From Trichlorobacter lovleyi SZ (GTDB lineage Bacteria; Desulfobacterota; Desulfuromonadia; Geobacterales; Pseudopelobacteraceae), in the NCBI RefSeq assembly GCF_000020385.1, contig NC_010814.1, positions 3,750,001-3,782,000 on the forward strand: DNA of 32,000 nucleotides. The letters run 5' to 3'. Shown here piece by piece: positions 18,493 to 26,025 of this stretch; within the stretch, counting starts at the first letter, position 1, and each line of letters starts with the position of its first letter. The notes beneath the pieces are model-generated. The model saw only the letters and a list, made by a program, of their open reading frames with translations, made no database searches and was not told the origin of the DNA. The position numbers and the translations under genes were made by a program.

Positions 18493-18610
18493 AAAACGTA
18501 CGAGGAAGGCCGTCTACAAGACGCACGGAGCGCAGCGACTGAGACATACCATTCAGGTAGGCAAAGGAGCGAGCACCGCGCAACACAGTAGGCGGCCTCC
18601 GCAGAAGTTT

Positions 18611-18868
18611 TCACATCAAGAATGATGCTGCCAGTGCCTGATCAGCCCCCTTCTCCCGCGTCACCATCTTGTGCCGCTCATCCGCCGGAATCAGGGCAGC
18701 CAGGTGCTCACGGGCACTGTCAGGACTGCCGGCAATGGCAGACGCCATTTTGAAAAGGATCTCAAGGGAAAGCCCGGCACGATGGCCCTCCACCAGCTTG
18801 CCTATTTCAGCGCGGCGTTGGTCCTCACTCCAGGTTTTATAGATATCAGCACCGATATTTGCGAGCAT
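18611..18868 (-). CDS. Hypothetical 85-aa protein
   Basis: A GAAGGGA RBS lies 7 nt upstream of the ATG. Codon usage looks like that of neighbouring genes. No family was recognised. Confidence 0.45.
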   Translation of the reverse strand: MLANIGADIYKTWSEDQRRAEIGKLVEGHRAGLSLEILFKMASAIAGSPDSAREHLAALIPADERHKMVTREKGADQALAASFLM

Positions 18869-18940
18869 GGGATTGTCCCTTCAGGTTTGGTATGAAGTTG
18901 CGTTGGTAGCATGAAGAAGCAATGGATGGCAACCGCAAAA

Positions 18941-19159
18941 CTAACGTATCAGGCGATCCAGCAGCCGGTCAATCTCCTCAACCACGACAGTTGGCAACTG
19001 ATCAGTCTGCACGATCCGGTTCACCAGATCAGCCTGAATAAAACCGGGCAACAGCTTCAGGATCTCTCCGGCATGTTCAGCGGGCAGGCGGGACAAGGCC
19101 ACTGCAATGGTCTGGGGATGTTCATTCAGCAACTCTTTGGCGGTACGACGGTAGTCCAT
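18941..19159 (-). CDS. Stand-alone FliG-middle-domain-like 72-aa protein (EHPQ motif)
   Basis: A GGGAG RBS lies 5 nt upstream. LLNEHPQTIAVALSRLPAEHAGEILKLLPGFIQADLVNRIVQTDQLPTVVVEEIDRLL is collinear with E. coli FliG [59 protein letters not shown], aligned by eye from memory. Confidence 0.55.
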   Translation of the reverse strand: MDYRRTAKELLNEHPQTIAVALSRLPAEHAGEILKLLPGFIQADLVNRIVQTDQLPTVVVEEIDRLLDRLIR

Positions 19160-19230
19160 GGCGACTCCCTTGACGGTTTTTCAGATAGTACGACACTGCA
19201 GATAAATTGCAACAACAGGATTGGAATAGT

Positions 19231-21015
19231 ATGGCCCTGATTACCCTGCGCGACATATCCCTGGCCTTTGGCGGCCCTCCGCTGTTTGACGGCATCAACC
19301 TGCAGATCGAACCGGGGGACCGGCTCTGTCTGATGGGCAGAAACGGTACCGGCAAATCCACCCTGATGAAGCTGATCAGCGGAGATATCCCGCCGGAGGG
19401 TGGCGAAGTCATCCGCAGCCAGGGCCTACGGGTGGCGTTGGTCTCCCAGGAGATCCCCCAGGAGGTGGCCGGTACGGTCTTTGAGGTGGTGGCACAGCAT
19501 CCCCATGCTGTAGCCGGTGCTGAGCAATGGGAGCATGAACAACAGGTGGAACGGGTGCTGAACCGGCTGCATCTGGAGCCGGAGGCGGAGTTTGCCACCC
19601 TCTCCGGCGGCACCAAGCGACGGGTGCTGCTGGCCCGCGCCCTGGTGTCGGCACCGGATATCCTGTTGCTGGACGAACCGACCAACCACCTGGATATTGA
19701 GACCATCCTCTGGCTGGAGGAGTTTCTGGCCAGAAACATCACCACCTGCATCTTTGTCACTCACGACCGTGCCTTTGCCCGGCGGCTGGCGAACAGAATT
19801 GCCGAGCTGGACCGGGGTAGAATCTATGCCTTCTCCTGCGGCTACGACCAGTTTGTGGATCGTCGCGAGGCACTTTTGGAGGCGGAAATTACCCGGATGG
19901 CCCTGTTTGACAAGAAGCTGGCCCAGGAAGAGGCATGGGTCCGCCAGGGGATCAAGGCCCGCCGCACCCGCAATGAAGGCAGGGTCCGGGCACTGAAGGC
20001 GTTGCGGGAGGAGTACCGCCAGCGTCGCACCCGTCAGGGTACCGCAACCATCCGGCTGCAGGAGGCTGAGCGCTCCGGCCGGCTGGTGATTGAGGCGGAA
20101 CAGGTCAGGTTCAGCTATGGCAACCGGACCGTGATCCGCGACCTCTCCACCACCATCATGCGGGGTGACAAGCTGGGGATCATCGGCCCCAACGGCTCCG
20201 GCAAGACCACCCTGCTGCGGCTGCTGCTGGGCGAGCTGGAGCCACAGTCCGGCTCGATCCGGCAGGGCACCCGGCTGGAGGTGCTCTATATGGATCAGAT
20301 GCGTGACCAGCTTGATCCCCAGAAAAGCGTGGCTGAAAATGTGGGGGAAGGGAATGACACCCTGGTGATTGGTGGCAAATCACGCCATATTATCGGCTAC
20401 CTGCAGGACTTTCTATTCTCGCCGGAGCGGGCCCGCTCTCCGGTTTCAATCCTCTCCGGCGGCGAGCGCAACCGGCTGTTGCTGGCCAAGCTGTTCACCA
20501 AACCGGGCAATGTACTGGTGCTGGATGAGCCGACCAACGACCTGGATGCCGAGACCCTGGAGCTGCTGGAGGACCTGCTGATGGAGTACAGCGGCACCCT
20601 GTTGCTGGTCAGCCACGACCGGGAGTTCCTGAACAACGTGGTCAGCTCCACCCTGGCGATCAACGCTGACGGCACGGTCAAGGAAACGGTGGGCGGCTAT
20701 GATGACTGGCTGCGGGAACAACAACTTGAGGCTGCCCCGCCTGTTGCAACAAAGCCGGCTCAGGAAAAGGGCAAACCGCAGAAAGAGCGGCCCCGCAAGC
20801 TCTCTTTCAAGGAAGAGCGTGAACTGGAGGGGTTGCCGGAGCGGATCACCACCCTTGAGGCGGAACAGGAGCAGATCCACAGCACCCTGGCTGATCCTGA
20901 ATTCTACAAAAATGCCGGGCCGGAGGTGGCGCGCCTCAACAGCCGTCTGGAAGAGCTGGATGCCGAACTGCTGGCCGCCTACGGACGCTGGGAAGAGCTG
21001 GAGGCGCTGCGATGA
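19231..21015 (+). CDS. uup: ABC-F family ATPase (Uup-like)
   Basis: It has two NBDs and no TMD. The first has GRNGTGKST / LSGGTKRRV / LLLDEPTNHLD and the second has GPNGSGKTT / LSGGERNRL / VLVLDEPTNDLD. A C-terminal coiled coil is present. The ATG at 19231 (MALITLRDISLAFGG) is preferred over the TTG at 19207. Confidence 0.9.
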   Translation: MALITLRDISLAFGGPPLFDGINLQIEPGDRLCLMGRNGTGKSTLMKLISGDIPPEGGEVIRSQGLRVALVSQEIPQEVAGTVFEVVAQHPHAVAGAEQWEHEQQVERVLNRLHLEPEAEFATLSGGTKRRVLLARALVSAPDILLLDEPTNHLDIETILWLEEFLARNITTCIFVTHDRAFARRLANRIAELDRGRIYAFSCGYDQFVDRREALLEAEITRMALFDKKLAQEEAWVRQGIKARRTRNEGRVRALKALREEYRQRRTRQGTATIRLQEAERSGRLVIEAEQVRFSYGNRTVIRDLSTTIMRGDKLGIIGPNGSGKTTLLRLLLGELEPQSGSIRQGTRLEVLYMDQMRDQLDPQKSVAENVGEGNDTLVIGGKSRHIIGYLQDFLFSPERARSPVSILSGGERNRLLLAKLFTKPGNVLVLDEPTNDLDAETLELLEDLLMEYSGTLLLVSHDREFLNNVVSSTLAINADGTVKETVGGYDDWLREQQLEAAPPVATKPAQEKGKPQKERPRKLSFKEERELEGLPERITTLEAEQEQIHSTLADPEFYKNAGPEVARLNSRLEELDAELLAAYGRWEELEALR

Positions 21016-21065
21016 TGGTGCGCCTGTGCAGGCTGTTACAAAATAAAACCTACCGGTAACATGAC

Positions 21066-23840
21066 ATGACCCCTGAAGCGAAAGCACGACAGGAAATTGA
21101 TCAAAAACTCGAACAAGCTGGCTGGGTTGTCCAGGATCTGAAAAAGATCAACCTGGGTGCCGGTCCGGGTGTTGTAGTGCGTGAATACCCAACTGATACC
21201 GGACCAGCGGATTATCTGCTGTTTGTGGATCGCCAGCCGGTCGGGGTAATCGAGGCCAAACCGGATAACACCATACTCACCTTTGTGGAAGACCAGACCG
21301 AACGCTACGCCCGCAGTACCCTTAAGTGGCGGATAACCTCCACACCACTGCGCTTCCTGTTTGAAAGCACCGGTCAGGTCATCCATTTTACCGACGGCGC
21401 TGACCCATCAGCCCGTGCCCGCGAGATCTTCTATTTTTTCAAGCCGGAACAACTTGCCGAATGGCTGCAGCAGCCTGAATCATTCCGTCGTCGCCTCAAG
21501 GCACAGATGCCGGAACTGCCGACCCGCAACCTGCGTGATTGCCAGATCAGCGCGGTGACTGGGCTGGAGAAATCTCTTGCCCAGAACAGGCCCCGCGCCT
21601 TGGTGCATATGGCAACCGGCGCTGGCAAAACCTTCACCGCCATTACCTCGGTCTACCGACTGCTCAAATATGGCGATGCCAAGCGGATTCTTTTCCTGGT
21701 TGATACCCGCAACCTGGGGAAACAGGCACATCAGGAGTTCATGGCCTACACCCCGCCCGACGATGCCCGCAAGTTTACGGAACTATACAATGTACAGCGC
21801 CTGAATGGCCCCACCATTGACCCGGCAGCCAAGGTCTGCATCAGCACCATTCAGCGGATGTACTCCCTCCTTTCTGGTGAACCGATTGATGAGTCTGCCG
21901 AGGATGTGCCGCTGGACCAGATTGTCCAAACCGACAAGCAGGCAAAGGTTGTGAGGTACAACCCGGCTGTACCGGTGGAGACCTTTGATGTCATCATTAT
22001 TGATGAATGCCACCGCAGCATCTACAACCTCTGGAAACAGGTGCTCGACTACTTCGATGCCTTCCTGGTGGGCCTCACCGCCACCCCTGACAAACGCACC
22101 TTTGGCTTCTTCAATGAAAATATCGTTGCCGAATACACCTACGAGCAATCGGTGGCCGATGGCGTGAACGTGGGGTATGACGTCTTTGAGATTGAAACCG
22201 AGATCACCAAAAAGGGGGCTGAACTGAAGGCCAAAGAATGGGTGGATCACCGCGACCGGCAGACCCGCAAGAAACGCTGGGCCGAGGCAGAGGAAGATCT
22301 GCTCTACACCGGCAAGGAACTGGACAGGTCGGTGGTAAACATCAGCCAGATCCGCAAGGTGATCCAGGCCATGAAAACAGCGGTGGAGACGCAGATATTC
22401 CCCAGCCGTAACGAGACCCCCAAGACCCTGATCTTTGCCAAGACCGACAGCCACGCCGACGACATAATCCAGATCGTGCGCGAGGTCTACAACCAGGGAA
22501 ACGCCTTCTGTAAAAAAGTCACCTACAAGGCAGAAGAAGACCCGGACAGCATCCTTGCCAGCTTCCGCAACGACTATAACCCGCGCATTGCCGTTACCGT
22601 GGACATGATTGCCACCGGCACTGATGTAAAGCCTTTGGAAGTCTTGCTCTTCATGCGTGATGTCCGCTCTAAGGGGTATTATGAGCAGATGAAGGGACGC
22701 GGTGTCCGCAGTCTTGACCATGATGCCCTGAAACGGGTATCCAACAGCGCTGACAGCGCCAAGAGCCGCTTTGTCCTGATTGATGCTGTGGGGGTGGAAA
22801 AATCCCTCAAGACCGAAAGCCGCCCGCTGGAGAAAAAGCCGTCAGTACCGCTGAAAGACCTGATGCTGGGTGTGGCCATGGGGCACCGGGATGAAGATAC
22901 CGTACTCAGTCTGGCCAATCGTCTGGTGCGGCTGGCCAAGCAGTTGGATGACAAGGCCCTGGCGCGGATCGAAAAGAGATCCGGCGGGCTGACGGTTGGC
23001 GCTTTGGGCAAGACGCTGATTACCGCCATTGACCCTGATCGGGTTGTTGCAGCTGCCATTGCCACTGCCAAGGAAAAAGGGATCACCCGCACCGAAGAGA
23101 CCCTGACCGAAGAGGAGCTGACCGCTGCCCGCGCCCAATGCGTGGCTGCTGCCTGCGCCCCCTTTGACAGCCCGGAACTACGGGATGAAATCGAAGCAGC
23201 CCGCCGGGAACAGGAGCAGGTCATTGACCATATCAATCTGGATCAGGTCACCTTCTCCGGGTACAGCGCCCAGGCTGAAGAGCAGGCACAGAAGGTCATC
23301 CAGAGCTTTGCCGACTACATTGCCCAACATAAGGATGAAATCCAGGCGCTCAGTTTCTTCTACCAGCAACCGTACCAACGCCGTACCCTCACCTTTGAGA
23401 TGATCGAAGAGCTGCACGATGCCCTTTCCCGCCCGCCATTGATGCTGACCACCGAACGGCTCTGGAACGCATACGCCCGGGTGAAAGGTTCGCAGGTAAC
23501 CGGCGCTGATACAAAACGGCAACTGACTGATCTGGTGGCCCTGGTTCGTTTTGCCATTGGGCTGGATACGGAATTGAAGCCGTTCCGTGATCAGGTGGAC
23601 AGGCGTTTTCAGGAATGGATCTTCCGCCACAACGCCAAGCGCACCACCGCCTTCAGCACAGAGCAGACCGAATGGCTGCGGCTGATGAAGGATCATATCG
23701 CTTCCAGTTGCTCCATAGCCCGTGACGATTTTGAGTATGCCGAGTTTGCCGCCAAAGGTGGCCTGCAGAGGGTGTGGGGGCTGTTTGGTACGGAGCTGGA
23801 TGGGGTGATGACGGAGATGAATGAGGAGCTGGTGGCGTAA
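21066..23840 (+). CDS. hsdR: Type I restriction enzyme R subunit (HsdR), EcoEI-type C-terminal domain
   Basis: The N-terminal nuclease region is ARQEIDQKLEQAGW...DYLLFVDRQPVGVIEAK (PD-(D/E)xK). The helicase has motif I MATGAGKT and motif II IIIDECHRS. The C-terminal region (FSGYSAQAEEQAQKVIQSFADYI...FEMIEEL...) resembles the EcoEI R C-terminal domain. Confidence 0.95.
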   Translation: MTPEAKARQEIDQKLEQAGWVVQDLKKINLGAGPGVVVREYPTDTGPADYLLFVDRQPVGVIEAKPDNTILTFVEDQTERYARSTLKWRITSTPLRFLFESTGQVIHFTDGADPSARAREIFYFFKPEQLAEWLQQPESFRRRLKAQMPELPTRNLRDCQISAVTGLEKSLAQNRPRALVHMATGAGKTFTAITSVYRLLKYGDAKRILFLVDTRNLGKQAHQEFMAYTPPDDARKFTELYNVQRLNGPTIDPAAKVCISTIQRMYSLLSGEPIDESAEDVPLDQIVQTDKQAKVVRYNPAVPVETFDVIIIDECHRSIYNLWKQVLDYFDAFLVGLTATPDKRTFGFFNENIVAEYTYEQSVADGVNVGYDVFEIETEITKKGAELKAKEWVDHRDRQTRKKRWAEAEEDLLYTGKELDRSVVNISQIRKVIQAMKTAVETQIFPSRNETPKTLIFAKTDSHADDIIQIVREVYNQGNAFCKKVTYKAEEDPDSILASFRNDYNPRIAVTVDMIATGTDVKPLEVLLFMRDVRSKGYYEQMKGRGVRSLDHDALKRVSNSADSAKSRFVLIDAVGVEKSLKTESRPLEKKPSVPLKDLMLGVAMGHRDEDTVLSLANRLVRLAKQLDDKALARIEKRSGGLTVGALGKTLITAIDPDRVVAAAIATAKEKGITRTEETLTEEELTAARAQCVAAACAPFDSPELRDEIEAARREQEQVIDHINLDQVTFSGYSAQAEEQAQKVIQSFADYIAQHKDEIQALSFFYQQPYQRRTLTFEMIEELHDALSRPPLMLTTERLWNAYARVKGSQVTGADTKRQLTDLVALVRFAIGLDTELKPFRDQVDRRFQEWIFRHNAKRTTAFSTEQTEWLRLMKDHIASSCSIARDDFEYAEFAAKGGLQRVWGLFGTELDGVMTEMNEELVA
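23817..23840 (+). repeat. Direct repeat copy 1: last 7 codons plus stop of hsdR (ATGAATGAGGAGCTGGTGGCGTAA)
   Basis: It is 22/24 identical to 24461..24484. Confidence 0.9.
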
Positions 23841-23845
23841 TGGTA

Positions 23846-23982
23846 CTGGCTTCGACTGCGCTCAGCCAGCGGAACCGCAACCTCCCCCTGAACTAGTCCG
23901 TAACCGCTCCCTGAGCGCAGTCGAAGGGAGCATCCAGCGGGACTGTCCCAGCTCCCGTTCCCTGAGCGCAGTCGAAGGGAAC
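23846..23982. repeat. Repeat module 1: 31-nt A box (23846-23876) and two 26-nt hairpin B boxes (23906-23931, 23957-23982)
   Basis: The A box is CTGGCTTCGACTGCGCTCAGCCAGCGGAACC. The B boxes are GCTCCCTgagcgcagtcgaAGGGAGC and GTTCCCTgagcgcagtcgaAGGGAAC, each with a 7-bp stem. The B core CTGAGCGCAGTCGAAG is the exact reverse complement of A positions 23850-23865. Confidence 0.9.
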
Positions 23983-24012
23983 ACACTCGAAGAGAGCGAA
24001 CAGGAGAACTAA

Positions 24013-24468
24013 ATGCCCTATATGTACATTCTCGAATGTGCCGATGGCAGTTACTATACAGGCAGCACATGGAATCTTGAAAAGCGCCTTTGGGAGCACC
24101 AACAGGGGATTGGTGCCCGTCATACAGCAAAGCGTCTTCCTGTAAAGCTGCTTTACTGCGAAGAATATGCGCGTATCGATGAAGCATATTTTCGAGAAAA
24201 ACAAGTGCAAGGCTGGGGTAGGAAGAAAAAGGAAGCCTTGATGGCTGGAAAATTTGATGAATTGCATCAGCTGGCCGTGTGCGGAAATGAAACGTCGCAC
24301 TTGAGAGATGCTGGCTTCGACTGCGCTCAGCCAGCGGAACCTTCCCGCTCCGACTCCGGCTCCCGTTCCCTGAGCGCAGCCGAAGGAAGCAACCAGCGGA
24401 GCTACACCCCCCGCTCCCTGAGCGCAGCCGAAGGGAGCACAGTCATAGAGAAAGACGTAAATGAATGA
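24013..24468 (+). CDS. GIY-YIG nuclease family protein (domain in about the first 95 aa; the C-terminal about 55 aa is read-through of repeat module 2)
   Basis: MPYMYILECADGSYYTGSTWNLEKRLWEHQQG...VKLLYCEEY...AYFREKQVQGWGRKKKEAL carries the GIY(-x10)-YTG, R..EH and E motifs of small stand-alone GIY-YIG proteins. The tail FDCAQPAEPSRSDSGSRSLSAAEGS...SLSAAEGS is simply the A/B repeats translated. Confidence 0.8.
   Translation: MPYMYILECADGSYYTGSTWNLEKRLWEHQQGIGARHTAKRLPVKLLYCEEYARIDEAYFREKQVQGWGRKKKEALMAGKFDELHQLAVCGNETSHLRDAGFDCAQPAEPSRSDSGSRSLSAAEGSNQRSYTPRSLSAAEGSTVIEKDVNE
24311..24438. repeat. Repeat module 2: identical 31-nt A box (24311-24341) and two B-box variants (24365-24390, 24413-24438)
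   Basis: The A box is 31/31 identical to 23846-23876. The B cores read CTGAGCGCAGCCGAAG, one T-to-C change relative to module 1. The first B' stem is degenerate. Confidence 0.9.
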
Positions 24469-24484
24469 GGAGTTGGTGGCGTGA
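24461..24484 (+). repeat. Direct repeat copy 2 (ATGAATGAGGAGTTGGTGGCGTGA), overlapping the hsdS GTG start
   Basis: It is 22/24 identical to 23817..23840. The GTG at 24481 is the hsdS start and the TGA at 24482-24484 would be the ancestral hsdR stop. Confidence 0.9.
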
Positions 24485-26025
24485 CAAATACCGTGTTTTC
24501 TAATGGTTGGTTAACTGTTCCATTAAGTGATTTGTTAATGTCACTTGAAACTGGTAGTAGGCCAAAAGGTGGTGTTAGAGGAATTACTGCTGGCATACCA
24601 AGCTTGGGTGGAGAACATCTGGATTCAAATGGAGGATTTAAGTTAGATAACATACGCTATGTTCCATTGGAATTTGCAGAATTAATGACCCGTGGAGCTA
24701 TTAACAATGGTGATATTTTAGTCGTAAAAGATGGCGCCACGACTGGTAAGGTTTCGTTTGTAGACAATTCATTCCCGTTAAGTATAGCCGTTGTTAACGA
24801 ACATGTATTTTTATGTCGCTGCTCATCACTGCTTAATTCTAAATACATTTTCTTCTATTTGTTCTCAAATTCAGGAAACCAACAAATTCTTGAGGATTTT
24901 AGAGGGGCGGCACAAGGGGGAATAAGCCAACGTTTTGCAGACCTCGTAAAAGTCCCATTAGCTCCAGCAGCTGAACAAACGCGCATCGTCGAAAAACTCG
25001 AAGAGCTTTTCTCTGATCTTGATGCCGGAGTAGCCGAACTCAAGGCCGCACAAAAAAAGCTGGCCCAATACCGCCAATCGCTGCTGAAAGCAGCGGTGGA
25101 AGGTTCACTTACTGCTGAGTGGCGTACCAAAAACACACCCAAAGAAACCGGCGCGCAACTGCTGGAACGCATCCTGAAAGAGCGCCGTGCCCGCTGGGAA
25201 GAGAAGCAGCTTGCCAGGTTTAAGGAGCAGGCCAAAACCCCGCCCAAAGGATGGCAGGACAAGTATCCCGAACCGGTGCAGCCGGATACCACCAATCTGC
25301 CGGAATTGCCGGAGGGGTGGGTGTGGGCGAGTGTTGATCAAGTCGGAGAAGTGTTCTTAGGCAAGATGCTTGATAAGACAAAACACCAAACTGGTGCAAT
25401 GTTACCTTATTTGCGAAATATCAGTGTTCGTTGGGGCAGCATTGAGACTCACGATCTTCCTGAAATGTATTACGAGGAAGATGAGCTTGAGCGTTACGGC
25501 CTTGCATCTGGGGACGTGCTGGTGTGTGAAGGTGGTGAGCCGGGGCGTGCAGCAGTATGTGGCAAGGAGCATGAAAAGTTGAAATACCAAAAAGCACTTC
25601 ATCGGGTTAGGCTGTTCAGTTTATATGAATCAGATTTACTGGTCTTTTATCTCGAACACTTAGCTAAAACGGGTATGCTTGAACAATATTTTACCGGAAG
25701 CACAATTAAGCATTTTACAAAAGAAAGCTTTATAGCGTTGCCGATACCGCTTCCTCCTATTTGCGAACAGTCAGAAATCGTAGAGCATCTAAAATTAGCA
25801 ATTCAGTGTGCACAAGAGCAAGATGCCGCAATTATCCACTCCCTCACCCAAGCCGCTGCCCAGCGCAAAAACATCCTCAAATCCGCCTTCTCCGGCCAGC
25901 TTGTACTGCAAGCCCCCAACGATGAACCGGCAAGCCTGCTGCTGGAGCGGATACGGGCAGAGCGGCAGAAGGGTGAATCCAGCACCAAGAAGCGTAGTAG
26001 CCGCAAAAAGGTGGCTAAGCTATGA
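24481..26025 (+). CDS. hsdS: Type I restriction enzyme specificity subunit (HsdS), two target-recognition domains
   Basis: The N-terminus WLTVPLSDLL...ETGSRPKGG is typical of a TRD. The central conserved helix is LAPAAEQTRIVEKLEELFSDLDAGVAELKAAQKKLAQYRQSLLKAAVEG. The second TRD starts LPEGWVWASVDQVGEV. The C-terminal conserved helix is LPPICEQSEIVEHL...RKNILKSAFSGQL. Confidence 0.95.
   Translation: MTNTVFSNGWLTVPLSDLLMSLETGSRPKGGVRGITAGIPSLGGEHLDSNGGFKLDNIRYVPLEFAELMTRGAINNGDILVVKDGATTGKVSFVDNSFPLSIAVVNEHVFLCRCSSLLNSKYIFFYLFSNSGNQQILEDFRGAAQGGISQRFADLVKVPLAPAAEQTRIVEKLEELFSDLDAGVAELKAAQKKLAQYRQSLLKAAVEGSLTAEWRTKNTPKETGAQLLERILKERRARWEEKQLARFKEQAKTPPKGWQDKYPEPVQPDTTNLPELPEGWVWASVDQVGEVFLGKMLDKTKHQTGAMLPYLRNISVRWGSIETHDLPEMYYEEDELERYGLASGDVLVCEGGEPGRAAVCGKEHEKLKYQKALHRVRLFSLYESDLLVFYLEHLAKTGMLEQYFTGSTIKHFTKESFIALPIPLPPICEQSEIVEHLKLAIQCAQEQDAAIIHSLTQAAAQRKNILKSAFSGQLVLQAPNDEPASLLLERIRAERQKGESSTKKRSSRKKVAKL

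Larger units (their letters stand above)
23841..24484 (+). mobile_element. Putative 644-bp insertion cassette: repeat module, GIY-YIG ORF, repeat module and a duplicated target copy
   Basis: It is bracketed by the 24-bp direct repeat. The internal ORF core is visibly AT-richer than the flanks. The second repeat copy recreates a coupled hsdR-stop/hsdS-start junction (GTGA). Confidence 0.5.

Noticed and set aside
18493-18610. Possible c-di-GMP (GEMM-I)-type riboswitch, because of ACGCAC…GGCAAAGG…CGCGCAAC strings
   Set aside because: The order and spacing of the elements do not match the GEMM consensus as I remember it. The segment also lies downstream of both flanking genes (convergent 3' ends), not in a 5' leader.
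21783-22721. 312-aa minus-strand ORF inside hsdR
   Set aside because: It is antisense to helicase-motif-bearing hsdR sequence and has no recognisable domain. This is a typical long antisense frame.
23821-24012. 63-aa plus-strand ORF (…FDCAQPAEPQPPPELVRNRSLSAVEGS…)
   Set aside because: It is simply the translation of repeat module 1. The same peptides reappear wherever the A/B boxes occur. It has no RBS and overlaps the hsdR stop.
23846-24438. Short repeated palindromic units around the GIY-YIG gene that could be mistaken for a CRISPR array
   Set aside because: There are only two to three copies per side with irregular spacing. The units are strongly palindromic and of two complementary types (A/B). 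They flank a nuclease ORF rather than forming a repeat-spacer ladder. No cas genes or leader are present.
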